The position numbers and the translations under genes are program-made. 35,099 bases of DNA, taken from contig ADNK01000984.1 of the NCBI GenBank assembly GCA_000320545.1, forward strand, positions 1 to 35,099, read 5' to 3'. Below are positions 10,414 to 24,162 of the stretch, piece by piece. How positions within the stretch are numbered: the stretch's first letter is position 1; every line of letters begins with the position of its first letter. This DNA comes from Bigelowiella natans CCMP2755 (lineage: Eukaryota > Protista > Cercozoa). The notes beneath the pieces are model-generated. The model was given only the letters and a program-made list of their open reading frames with translations, was not told the origin of the DNA and did no database searches.

Positions 10414-10961
10414 CTTAGCGATCGTAATCTATTGTGGTAATGATGACAATACATAGTGAATCGAGCAATGTAGAAGAACTTCACCTCCCACCAAGGATAT
10501 TACAACAAGGTAGCAATGAATATTAGGTATCCGACACAGATCTGATTCTCCTCCTCCTCCTCCTCCTCCTCCTCCTCCTCCTCCTCCTCCTCCTCCTCCT
10601 CCTCATCCTCCTCCGTGTGTGTGTGTGTGTCATCTATTCTTCTTATTCTAAATAATAATACCCGATCGATCGATCGAACACCATGCGCAAGGCAAGGTTG
10701 GTGGTGGTGCTCACTGATCGGTGATAAATAATCATCATAATATGATAGCAGTACTCTTCTTTTTAATGTTTGTACTTTATCCTTTTTTCATAAATTGTTG
10801 TATTTCTTGATGTCGCAATCTGTAATTTCCCTTTCCCCTCTAATAATCATAGTACATACTCTCCTCCTTTGAGTATGAAAGTAAGTTTCTCTGTTCTTTT
10901 CTAGAAGAAAATAGCAGCGCCTGCCCTCCCTCCCACGGTTGGGTTTGCATGAAGAAGGAGA

Positions 10962-12747
10962 ATGCAACCTAGTAGGAATAATAGTGAGCGGCTGCCTGGA
11001 TGCAACAATAATAAACTCCTTAGGAAGAGGCAGATCGACAAAAATAATAGAAGAAGGCAGACAAATCAAGAAATCATCACATTTGATCACGGATGTGTTC
11101 CAAAAGACTACGTCGATAAGGCAATGCGATGTGCTGATCGAGTCGATCAGTGCTTGTTCCGAGCATTTTGCTGCTGCGGCAAAGGAGGAGGAACTCAAAA
11201 GAAAAGGGAGAAACGTCGCAATGGAAGAAAAAGTTACTGGAATGATCCCTTCGTTGTTTTCTTTTGGGCATTTGTGGTAAGCAAGTATCTATCATTGCTC
11301 TTCTTGTGCATTATTGAAAGGGGGGGAACTTATGGAACTTCATTTATTTGAATACCTACAGACATGCTCAGCAACTTTCACAGGACTGCAAGCATATCCA
11401 GAGTACTACTATAATAGTGGATCTGAACCATCGGTCTACTACTACAGAAAACAACTGGGACATCAAATACTTCATTACTACTTCCTCTTCATGGTTGTTC
11501 GTGATTCATTGCTATCCACTGAGAACCTAGATTCTTCTTTTGCTACCTTTACAAACCACATTACCATGCTTTGAACAAGTTTTGTAATTATTCCTTCCTA
11601 AATGATGCGATAAAGATTTTGGGAAATTACTTCTTCATTCGAAAACTATCACGGAAAAACATCGTTAAGCTTGAGGTATTACTATTTGAGTTGGAATAAC
11701 GTTATCTGTCAAAATTTATAGTACAAATGTGCAATAAATCAAGGTGGAAGGAGGAACACAGAGAACAGGGAAAGAAGGTTCCTGGTGCAGTATATGCCAT
11801 ACACATCGACCAACCAGAAGTCATCACTGCCGATTTTGTGGACGGTGAGTGCCATGATGTGTTGAGACGATACTACTCGATTCATCCAGATATTAGATTC
11901 ATATACCATTCCCGAATTGTTATTTTTAAGATGCATTCTTAAGAGAGGGCACCATTGCTATTTTACGCAGGTCGTAGATACACTCAATAATATACTGTGT
12001 ATTTTTGAGTAATTTCTTCAACAAACCAAAATTGTTTTTCTTAGACATGTATCGGATTGCACAACCAGAAACACTTCGCAGCATTAATTCTGCATCAGTT
12101 CATGGGAATTTGGACGCAAGTAACAAGCTTTAGTTCGTACAAGAGATTCCTTAAATCTGACGATTCCTTGTCTAAATCATGTTAGAATTGGATTTTGACG
12201 AAAACAGCACGGAATTTGAGAGCAAATCCTTCTGTGTTGCTCTGGTGAGTTATTCGAGGTTTCAAATTGTTCATTTGTCATACAATGGAAAATTTTCAAA
12301 TAAACGACTTCGCATCAGGTGGATGTTCTATATCAGCTCCTTATTTTCTGGCATCTTCATTACATACGTAAATTGTATTTTAATTTATATTCAATCTAGA
12401 TTGATCTAATAATAACCTAAAATAGCTCTTCATCCGGCTGTGGGGTTCTCTGCTTCTGGGTGCAACTGAGACTGAAATGGCAAAATTTGTAGGAAATTTC
12501 TTGGATGTATTCAAAATTAACATTATAAAGAATTCATTCCCATGATTTAGGAAATAGCTGAGGTTTGGAAGTCGAAGACAGCCCAGGAAAGAATCGAAGA
12601 ACTGAAAGCAGTGTTTGGTAGGTATGTATCAGGTGCAGGTTGACTTTGAATTTTATGAACGTAATGACTAATTTTTTATCGGTCTTTAGGTTGGGAGTTC
12701 TCCATCTCATTTGGCCACTCGAGGGAGCTAATGTAGATGCTGCTTAA
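10962..12747 (+). CDS. DHHC-family protein S-acyltransferase with a variant GHHC motif, about 11 short exons
   Basis: Spliced cysteine-rich domain WCSICHTHRPTRSHHCRFCGR|CILKRGHHCYFTQ|TCIGLHNQKHF. Later TM exons, TTxE-equivalent GATETE, and PaCCT-like ELKAVFGR|LGVLHLIWP. Stop TAA at 12745-12747. Frame unresolved within 11321-11492. Confidence 0.88.
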
Positions 12748-12899
12748 ACAAGCTCATCAGCATGGATAGTAGTGATTTACTAGAGAGGCCATTCGCTACA
12801 ACTACAGTTAGTTTAACGTACATGACTATGTTTCTTCGTAAATTTTTGAACACATGTACGACGTAATTTGCGCAAGAGACCTGTGAAGAGGTACGGCCT

Positions 12900-13990
12900 A
12901 CACCTACGGTTGCCTCACTACCAAAAGCCCACATGCACGTTGTAGATGTTGATGCTCATTGCTCATACTCTAGTGCTGTGCCTGTGTCAAATGTGCGCAA
13001 GCTTGCATCGCGTTGCAATGCCATGCACTCAAACTCAAACTCGATGGCCAATCGCATCTTGTTAGCAGCGAGGCCGATCTAGCCGATGTGCCATGTCCAC
13101 TGGTGTCAACATCAGTGCCGCATCCGCGCACTCTATCTCTGCATGTAACAGCTAGGTCTAGCATGGAGTGTGTGGCTAGACAGGATTAGAGGGTCGCATG
13201 CTAGCATCTATAGGCATGTGCACGCGCGGATCTACGATGTAGTCCTAGCCTCCCAACACACATTGCGCTCGCGCGCCCCCTAGCTAGCAGCTAGCCCCCT
13301 CGATGCGGCATATGTGATCCCACACTAGCGTGCACGCTTGCGAACACTAGAACAAGTCCCGTCTGTCACACTGCAATTTTCGCTTGCATCAGAGTGAACG
13401 ATGAGTGGTTATTATAGACATGTAATATCATATATATGCTATTACTGTGTCTATTATGGTTGCCTGCAGCGCCACATCTAGACATGCGGGGCTGTGCCAG
13501 TGTGTGAGAAAGTTCAAAGTATTGATCATTGTGAAAAATAAGACTGTAAGCGGCTGCGATGCATCTGATGTGGTGTATGCACTACTCTAAACGAACAAAG
13601 GTTGAATTGATCGAATAATTGCGATGACAAGATGACGGCAAACCCATATCGGAGCTAATAAATGTCTCTGATGGATGGGCAACATCCGATTGCTGACGAA
13701 ATGGCCTTTGCTCTCTCAATCCACACTCTCAAAACACGTAAATCTTTCCAACAAGATACACTGAACAAGTTTCTGAATAACTAAAGGTGGTGGTGCATTA
13801 TGGTCCGACATGCTTCAGTTTTGATTCGACAGGCGACATTGAGCACAGCAGGCGGCACCGGATGATGTGCTAGATGTGGCTGGCTGCATTGTCGTTCGTG
13901 GAATTACAAGTGCAACTTGGATTGATCATTATTGTGCGAGTGAATGCATGAAAGATAGAAGCAAACTCAATGATTCTGGGATACCTCAAG
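12900..13990. other. Intergenic island of probable degenerate repeat or TE remnant
   Basis: Rich in TGCA, CATG and CTAG, like the inverted-repeat arms. No exon chain found. Contains a short imperfect inverted pair. Confidence 0.4.
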
Positions 13991-14569
13991 TAGTAAGGAT
14001 TTCAACGGTTTTACCATTTTGTTTTTATCCTCCTAGTAAAAGAATGATAATTACATCACATGAGGAAAAATTAGGCGGATCTATGGCATTACAAATCGAA
14101 AATCTGTGAACAGAGGGTGCACCATAGGATCCATCAGAATCTAGCTAGTACTGCTACCACATGTCAGCATTTCGTTAATAACATGCATTAGTGCACACGA
14201 TCATCATGTTTGTGTATTAGTGAGGTGATTAATAATGATAACAACCAGAGTGTCAAAGAACAGAAGCATGTACACTTTCTTCCTGAATATGCATATGTAA
14301 TGAGTCAGTATGTGTATGATGTCCGCATTAAAGGAAGAATCTGAGAATAACACGTATCACTAACAACGTAAGAGAAAGAGAGAGATAGAGAGAGGGTGAG
14401 AGAATTCACGATATTATTATTATACAGCAGTCACCACTCTACTGCACCGTCACCACGAAATATATGAATACTACACAGCAGCCATCACTGCACCACTACC
14501 AAATATATGATGATGATGATGTATACCAATGTCTTACAATAGTACGACTACGACTACTACTACTACTAC

Positions 14570-15951
14570 TACCACTATATGGTTTCTTTCAAACAATTAA
14601 TAATGAAAGGTTCGTAGACGACGAATCCGTATCACCACCAGGCAATTAACAGATACCTTCTTCTTCTTCTACTTCTTCTTCTTCTTCTTCTTTTACTACT
14701 GCTACTACTACTACAACATTACTACATGCTACTACCTCTTCTTCCCGATTTCCGCTTGTTCCTTGAAATACCTATGATGATGATGATATAGGAGGAGGAG
14801 GTCGTTCAATTTACAACCAACGTCATCGTGATGTACTCGTCTCTATCAATTATTCGCTACTACTGTTGAGTAGTACGAGATGCTTATGGAACGCTCTTTG
14901 GGGCCACAGTCTTTGCAATTCCATTGCTTTGAATCATAGATCATCTTGATAGATAATAATTGTAGCAGTAGGGATATTGTTTATTGTATGTGCACTGTAA
15001 TCATCACTTATTATTATTATTTTTATCATCATCATCATTATTATCACAATTGACCAACAACTAACTGACTGCGACAAAACGATCCTCAAATATGTCATTG
15101 TTGTAAATAGTAAACATCTCTCCCTTCTTTCGCTCTCGATCTATATTTTTACTCGATCCATTTTATTCTCACAATCATTCACAATATCATTATTCGTAAT
15201 GTTTTTGCTATTACTGCTATTCTTCTTATTATTTGTATTATTGTTATCATGAATACAACTTGAGGCATAGGATCATATAAATTTGGAAAGTATTCCAATT
15301 GGAGATTGATTTGGCCGCTCGAACGAGGAGGTTTCTTTGTGTTACGTGCCTATTATTGCGGTGCACGTGGCAGTGGCAGTAGTAGTACGTGCGTTGTTAT
15401 TCAATCACACATTATTAACATCCACCCGGAAGAAGGATGATTATTTTGCAGCATCAGGCCTTAGAATCATCAATCAATGCTTTTTTATTTATTCGATTTT
15501 ATTGCAGTTAGAGACAGAAAAATAACTAATCAATAATCATCAGCACCAAAATAATAACAATAACATCCTCATCATCATCATCATCATCATCATCATTAGC
15601 ACAAGCAGGCAAGTAGTAGCACCATTGGTGTCTGTCTTTCTGTCCGTCTGTGGCTGCTACATAGCCATAGTAGCGTGTTATTACCTACCTACCCACCTAC
15701 CTCTTTGACATGACTTGCCTTGTAAAGCAGCAAAATTCTGCCCTCAGTGAATAACTTTAATAAGAATGTGAAGTAGTAGTAGTAGTAGTAGTTGTTGTTG
15801 TAGTAGGAGTAGTAGCAGGAGTAGGAATAGTAGCAGTAGTAAGAGAATGAATAAAATCCCATCGTCATCAATATGGAAAAACAACAGCATGTACACAACT
15901 AAGTATCTTCCCCCCCCAAACCAGTAGTACCCAACGTAAAAATACTACACA

Positions 15952-15992
<41 letters not shown>

Positions 15993-17341
15993 GCATAATA
16001 AGCAACGAAGCAACAATTTGGTGGTCAATATGCAATATTAAGACTTATCATGTATTGACATAATTATGGTGGTGATTAGTTCGTCGTTGTGATCATCGAT
16101 CATCGATCATCGTCACAAGAATGAATCAAGGAATGAAGGAAGGAAGGTAAAAATGACAAGCACGCAAGTATACAGCAGCAGCACACAATAGATAGATAGA
16201 TAGATAGATAGATGGATGGATGGATAAGACGGCAGCATAGAACCTCTTCTTCTTCTTCTTCTTCTGTCATCTATACCCTGTCTTTTATTACATTCTCTCC
16301 TCTCTCTGCCATTATTATTATTATTATTATTATTATGAGTCATGTCGTCGTATTTGATCACCCACCTCAAGTACTGAACGTTTTGCTTTGGTGCGAGATA
16401 TTCTGGATACTTCCACTCGAATCTGCAGCAGTAGTAGTAGTAGTAGTAGTAGTAGTTGTGATGATGATGGTAACTTATTAGTTACGTTACTATTGCACTA
16501 TTCATTACCACACGGTGATCTTGTTCCCATTCATCATAGTTTTTATACTCCTCACGACGATCACCACTACTACTATGACGTTGAGCATTAGTAGGAGTAT
16601 TCCTCTTCATTCCAGCTGCTGTGTGTGTATATGGAATCATCATATAATATCACTCAAGTCTCTTCCCCCCTCTCCTTTCCTTAGAGAGATGAGCATGAAA
16701 GAGGATGAGCAGGAAGGAGGAGAACAGCTAACAACGAATCCTTTTCCAGCGTCTTGCTGCCTTCTCCTCCTTCCGTGTTTGCATTATCATCAGTATCATC
16801 ATTTAATTTTTGGTATCATTATAAACATGATCATCATCATCATCATCACCACCACTACCATTCTGCTATTGTAGAATTATTACCACTTGCTGCTGCTGCT
16901 AATGCTTCTATATCTTGAATTGCTCCTCCAGTTGATCGATGACGATGATGATGTTGTTGGCTATCATCGTCGTTGTCACGGTACTTATCGTCACTATCAT
17001 CTTGCCTTCTTCCGTTGATGATGTTGATGCTGCTGCTTTGATGAGGCTGTTTCTCTGGTTTTGGTGAATTAAATAATTGCTTTGTCATTGGTGACAGCAA
17101 AGCCGTACTACTGCTACTAATACTACTATTATTGCCAGAAGGCGTGGCTGCTGCTGGTGGTGCTGGTGATATAATCGGCGAAGAGGATGATGGTCCACTG
17201 TAACAACACACACACACACACACACACACAACAGAGATGATTATAGGAAGAAGCAACAACAACATCATCGCCTAATCAATAGTAGGTGTAAGAGTTTATC
17301 AAATAGATATAAAATTATAACCATATGCTGCACTATTTGAA

Positions 17342-17378
<37 letters not shown>

Positions 17379-17630
17379 CGCGTTCATGAATCATACCATC
17401 ACCACCACCACCATCATCATCACCATCCGTCTCATCATCATCATCATCATCATCATCATCGGACGTACATGTTGATATGGGGCGATTTGGGACTAGATCC
17501 TCCTCCTCCTCCTCCTCCTCCTCCTCCTCGGTTTGCTAGTACTGGTGACCTTGGGCTAGTATTATTACCGGTCACAATTGATGGAACCTGAGAATAATAA
17601 TGAACGATCGACCAATATGCATATATATAT

Positions 17631-17704
<74 letters not shown>

Positions 17705-17932
17705 AGGAGAGGGAGTGCATAAAATATTTCAATAGCACTTCCAGCATTAAGGACAAACACCATAAATTACGAATATTTTTTCTTCTATCATCCTGTGCTA
17801 AACCGGTATGTTTATCTCCATTGGATGATATACCCGCCACTACCTCTTCCTCCTCCTCCTCCTTCTTCTTCTTCTTCTTCTTCTTCTTCTTCTTCTTCTG
17901 ATCTTCTGTCTCTCCTCCTCCTCCTCCTCCTC

Positions 17933-17965
<33 letters not shown>

Positions 17966-18474
17966 TATTCAAGTAGTACTTGGCTGTTTCCGCCGGTCCT
18001 CCTTCCTGATTGCACACTGCTATCGTCAGATTCCCCTCCCCCTCCTTCTCCTCCTCTTTCGCCTCCTTCTACTACATTAGTTGGTATAATAGTTGTTTTA
18101 GTAATGAATATACTGAGAATTCTGTAGTAGCTATGAGATTTTGATTTGGTCCTCATCGTCCTCATCATGATCATCATCGTCGTGATCATCATGACTGCAT
18201 TATGCATAGAGGCAGCACCACCAATCGCTACTACTACCTACCTACCTACCTACCTACCTCTAAGTAGTGCAGCAGTATTAGCTTCAAAGTCTATAGATCT
18301 ATTTCTTCGCTTCTTTTCTTGTAATACCTGTTGTTATTGTTGTTGGTGGTGGTGGTCGTGTTGGTGTGTATGTGCGGTGTGTTGTTTAACGATATACAAA
18401 CACAGTAGCACTACACATTACTTAGGAGGGTAGTAGGTACAAAATCCATCAAAATATTATAATACACATTGTAG

Positions 18475-18512
<38 letters not shown>

Positions 18513-19029
18513 AATACATAAACGCACCATCTTCCATACGACAAACAAATTTGGAGATAGACAGACAGAAGAGAGTTGCACCACACATGACTCAAGAGAC
18601 TACTTTGATACTTCGACGTGAAAATAAGAATATCTTCACTAGTCTTTAATCTTTAATCATTAATAACGGGTCATCATACATCCATACATACTTTATGAGC
18701 GGTGTGGTGTGTATCATACTCACTAAAAAGTTATTCTCACTAACACACTGATAGATATGCTAAGTTACTAATCGGATGATGATGATTATGATGATGATGA
18801 TGATGATGGCGAGTATATGCCACTACTGATCATGGTAAGTAGTTGCACAACTTCTAGTATATCATGAGAGATGGTTAGCCTTACTACTACTACTACTGCT
18901 ACTACTACCAAATCTCTTCCGCTGCGACGACTATGGGGAGACGATGAGGGAAGTAGTTGCTGCTGCTGCTGTAACGATGGTGATAATGATGGATCTAGGT
19001 CCACAGAAGGACCCAAAGGAGAGGTAGAT

Positions 19030-19065
<36 letters not shown>

Positions 19066-21074
19066 TTCTTCTCCGTTTTTATTTTATTAGGTGACTTGAT
19101 TTGTTTTGTCGACGTTGCAGGAGGGAGAATAGGATTGATATTAATGGATTCTCCGCTGCTTTTCTCCTTTTGCACAGCATACCTTGTGCCATTATTACTA
19201 CTACTCGTAGTGCTACTCTGATCGTTGGGGTTATTCACACTAGAATAATGATCTTTATTGCTGTTATGCTTCGTATCCTTGCAGTGACTACGAGCAGCAG
19301 TAGCAGCAGTAGCAGCAGCAACAGCACTGATGGTTTCCCCCTCCCTAGTTTTGCTTCTTTCTTTCAATTGCAGACTCTTGACGCCGGGTTGATACTCGGA
19401 CTGCAGAGGCACAGAAGGAAGAGGATTTAGAGAAGATGGTAGTTGTAGGAAAATAAAAGAAGAGCATCAAATGCATGCATGATGGGAGAAAACAACTGCC
19501 ATAGTTGATAGAGAGCAGCGATCGATGATGTGATTGATGATTTGTTCTTCGTTCGATAGTTATTTGTTACCAGTCTATCGTCCAGCTGATTATCAAGGTG
19601 TGTTCCAAGGTGCGCCATGATTTCTTTAGCCTTGATGCCTGACCCGTGCACTGAACTAATCTCGAGATACACGACTAAGATTTTCCCTCCGACATCGCTG
19701 ATCACGCGGCTCACATCAACTGGCTGCGTCCGACACACACGCACTACTTCAATCTTAGGTGGTTTCTTCTCCTTCTTCGCTATTTGACTGCCAGGTTCGA
19801 TAATATCCTCCACTTCCTCCTCCCAGCAGCTCTTAACAGTTTCTATATATTTTCCTTCGAGAATCTTCAACATTTCATTTTCTTCCCTCTGATCTGTGTC
19901 CTGTGGAATATTTAGATAGCGGTGGGAGGATTGTAGACAGAAAAGCAACACCCACTTCAAACAACTAATAATACTTTGCCAGAAAAGCAGCACCCACTTC
20001 AAACAACTAATAATACTTTGTGAAAAACAGTAGCAAGGAGGGTAAATAATGATACAATTGAGTTCAAGTCCTACTTACTTTTGGCACAGTGATGTGCATA
20101 ATGCCTTCAAGATAAACAGATGATTGGGGAACGTCCTCCTCCTGCGTCCGTCTGGTGGTGGTACTGTCCACATTGTGGTATACAGAGCACTCTTGCCCCC
20201 TGTAAACGGTCAAAGACCCAGCATACAGTCATCCTCACCACCTTCAAATTTTATTCGTTAAAGTATACATAGAACGTGCACAGATTTATGAGCCTTTATC
20301 TTCTCCGTAAATGTGGACCATCATCACCGATCAAACCTTGTATAAAAGATGGGTTTTAAAACTTGAGGAAGCCACTTGTTTGTAAGCTAGCTAAAGCTAC
20401 GGGTAAATCATCCTGTTAGATGCTGTAAGTGGAGTACCAGTACACCTTTTCCTATTTGTGATTGTTACTACCCTCTTTGTGCTTGGTTGACTGCTGCTAC
20501 TGCTGCTACGAAGAAGAAGAAGAAGAAGAAGAAGAAGAAGAAGAAGAAGATGATGATGATGATGATGCTTCTTCTTCTTCTTGCACTTGCACTTGTTCTT
20601 CAAATAAGATAAAACTGCTGCATCGTGATCACGATGACCGTCGTATAAATATTTATCCACTGAACAACTTAAACTCAACTTAGGTTCCACGAACGAATCT
20701 GATGCACTCACTAATCCTATTTGGTCAAGAATGTATAGCTAATATATCATAAATAAATACACATAGTGTAGCAAAAAACTACTTGTGTAATAATAAGTAG
20801 ATCTAGTTAACTTAATAATTAAAGTATCAACTGAGACAACAACAGCAACAACTCACCATGAGACAAACAACGCGACAATGATCACATGGATATCTTTTGG
20901 TCTTTCTTCTGGATCTACGTAGGTACGAGATCATCAGCATTATCCATGGTTATCATCAAGCTTTCAGATTGGTAACACATCTTTGCCCGACAACTTTAAA
21001 AATAAAAGGATGTGGAAAGGTTGACGCAAACAACTGATGTCATACACTCTAAAAAATGTTACCTTTTTAACCAT
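14570..21074 (-). CDS. Large multi-exon gene or genes of unknown function with long low-complexity segments
   Basis: AG/GT-bounded minus-strand exons, e.g. ~19570-19930 (EENEMLKILEGKYIETVKSCWEEEVED...), ~18860-19410, ~17465-17588, ~16860-17198, ~16365-16421 (IRVEVSRISRTKAKRSVLE), ~15700-15755 and ~15260-15349 (SGQINLQLEYFP). Ends and continuity uncertain. Confidence 0.55.
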
Positions 21075-21459
21075 CTTGGGAAATCTGAAAGAATGAATGT
21101 TCAAATATTAGGATTTTCTTTGTGTATTTTTAATGTGCGACATCCCGAATGTCATGTCTCATCATAAAATGAATCCTGAAACAGCTTCAGAGATACGAAC
21201 GCTCCTTCGATCAGGCTGTTTGTAGCGACCCGTGTTTGGGGTTCATCCTAGAGACTGAGGGTGCGATATGATAGGAAAGGAGATGTTGCGATCTCTACTC
21301 ATCTTTGAGTTTCGGAATAGATCGTGTGTTTCGAATGCCACCCCATTGTTAAAAGTTTCCGAGTCATCAAATAATTTTCATGAATGATTTTTGTTAAATC
21401 ATTTCTTTGGGCTTGTGTATCTTAGTTGTTTACTTAGGAAGATAGTGGTTTGTACCTAG

Positions 21460-22147
21460 ACGGGGAATTTACTACCAGGAAGGAAATATTATGTCGGATG
21501 CATATTCGTATCACTCGGGTGTTTCTTCTGAAGTTCAAGAAGTCGATGGTAGGTCACAAATGAATGAATGCTTAGTAGCTAGCTCCTCTTCAACAAACAT
21601 TAGTTTAGAAACAATGCTCAACGAAACCAACCGAGTAACTTTGTCTACGCATCGTACATACACTACGGTTTCCTAGCTCACACACAAGAATTAAGGATAG
21701 TGCATACACCACCACCACCACCAAGTGTTCGAGAGTAGGAAAGGGATGATTGGTGCTTTGTCGTTCGTCGTCGTTTTCGCATTACCATCCCTATGTCATT
21801 GATGATAATGATGATGATGATGATGATGGTGTGTGCTGCTGCTATGTTCCTTTATCTCTTATCAGGTGTCGAAGAGAGCGAAATTCCCCTTGTTCACCCA
21901 AAGCTCTAGTAATAACCAAAAGGAACCATCATCATCACATCAAACAACTATGAATTATCCAACAAAAAGGAGCCATCATCATCACATCGAACAACTATGA
22001 ATTATCCAACTCTCATTTTAATTATCACCCCTCTAACTTGCTTCAGCCCATGGCCCAAGATTGATATTCTTATCTTTTTATTGGAAGAGATAAGCGAAGA
22101 ACACCCACAGGTTAATTATATTCGTATAAATACGTAAATACATTCTC

Positions 22148-22190
<43 letters not shown>

Positions 22191-22536
22191 TGTTTTGGCG
22201 ATGGTCCATTACTGTTAAATGAGATAATCCATATTATTTCCTTTTATTCGGTTGCTGCTGTATGTACCAATGTAACTATCGTCATACATTCATTCAACTT
22301 TGTATGTAGATCGATTTACTTCTGCTCCTAACTGCCGAGACCAACGACCCTTTCATCGAACGTAGAAACCCACCACACAATCGATTTTCCAATTTTAAAA
22401 ACGCACCTCTTTTTTCCCAGTATTACAGATAGCGGTATTCACTACTTTGTATTATTTTGTAGATGTCCAAGTAGTTGAAGGCAAGCTTATTAAAGGTATG
22501 CTTTTTTATTGAAGATGTAGCAACAAACAACAAATC

Positions 22537-22567
<31 letters not shown>

Positions 22568-23005
22568 TGTTCACCACCTTCTTATTCCAAAGTTACGGAA
22601 AAATACAAGGGATGGAGGGCTGGAAAGCTAATATGGCAACGGTTTTGGTGGGATTTCCTCCGAGAGGTATGAACGAAGGAACAAATATTCTTGCTTAGTA
22701 ACATATCTTATGGTAGAAGTTGAACAAGAGTTAGAAGAAGAGGAAGAAGAAAGTACCTCTACTTTTAATCGAATTTGATTCTTAATCTGTTGCAAACCAA
22801 TAGTAATTCCTGGTCGTGGTCGTCCTCGTCGTCCTCGTCTCTTCTTTGTTGTGTGCTGCTGCTAGGAATCTGCCAACGACTATGGTTTAAACGCCGACGA
22901 GCTACCAAGAGTTGAATTGGTTGGTGGTGTAACACCTGCACTTCATCTTACCCAGCAGCAGCAGCAGCAGATCCCAGACACCATAACCTCCTGCCACTAC
23001 ACTAA

Positions 23006-23038
<33 letters not shown>

Positions 23039-23344
23039 GCTGTTGGTACTACAAGTGATACTACCGCTCGTTGCTCATCTATGCTCTGTCAATCTTGTTG
23101 TTGTTTCTGTTCTTCTTCTTCTTTTTCTTCTTCCTTCTCTTTCTCATCACCAAATTCAGGAGTATGTTGGTGGTAATTCACCACCAAAGATTGGGATGAA
23201 CTTCCATGGATCAACGTAATAACAATATCAATACTATAATTTAGAAATATATTGATTATAGTAGTAATAGTAATATGAGTGCTGTGCTACTTTCTATTGC
23301 ATACCTTTAAGCATTGTTGATTCTACCATTGGCAGCATATTGTC

Positions 23345-23379
<35 letters not shown>

Positions 23380-23405
23380 ACCCTGCTCACAACCACCACC
23401 ACCTA

Positions 23406-23439
<34 letters not shown>

Positions 23440-23933
23440 GCATACACATGCACACCACCAATTCTCTGCCTTACAACATTAATACACATATGCAGGGCTG
23501 CTACTGCCTACTATGATATGAGTCATCATCATCACCATCATCATATTCATCATCATTTACTTCCTTATCATGATCTGAACAAACAACGTTATTTTCATTG
23601 TACCTACAACAACAACAACTGCTACTACTACTGTTACTTAAAATTTACAAAAAATGCACCATTCCCACTCCTTGTTCTCTTTTTCTTCTCAGCATAGAAA
23701 GACATGTGGAGAATTGTATGCTTGCTGCTTGGCTTGGACCTGAAAGGTTCCGAAGAGAGGTACTATCATCTATCATTATCATCGTCCTCGTCATCTTCAA
23801 TAAGCTCATCATTTCCTTCAGGTTCTTCAAAAATGGCCGGATCTTGATGAGGACTTCAACAATATTGTCGGAAATGGTGGCGAACTCAAAAAGTAATATT
23901 ATCATCATTATCATCATCATCGTTAACAACAAT

Positions 23934-23964
<31 letters not shown>

Positions 23965-24016
23965 CAGCTGATTTGATGCTGTTCAGTAGACTGTACGTGT
24001 GTGCATCTGTGTACAA

Positions 24017-24056
<40 letters not shown>

Positions 24057-24127
24057 CTTCGCGCTGCTACTCGTATCATATGGTTGCGTGCGCTTCGTCG
24101 TTTCCATAAGTCATGTGACATGATCCA

Positions 24128-24162
<35 letters not shown>

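Noticed and set aside
11314-11574. Possible KDZ/Zisupton-associated transposase fragment
   Set aside because: The surrounding exons assemble into a DHHC acyltransferase instead.
15260-16425. C2-domain-like strands (SGQINLQLEYFP) in the minus-strand gene
   Set aside because: Only a fragmentary resemblance; the other C2 motifs were not found by eye.
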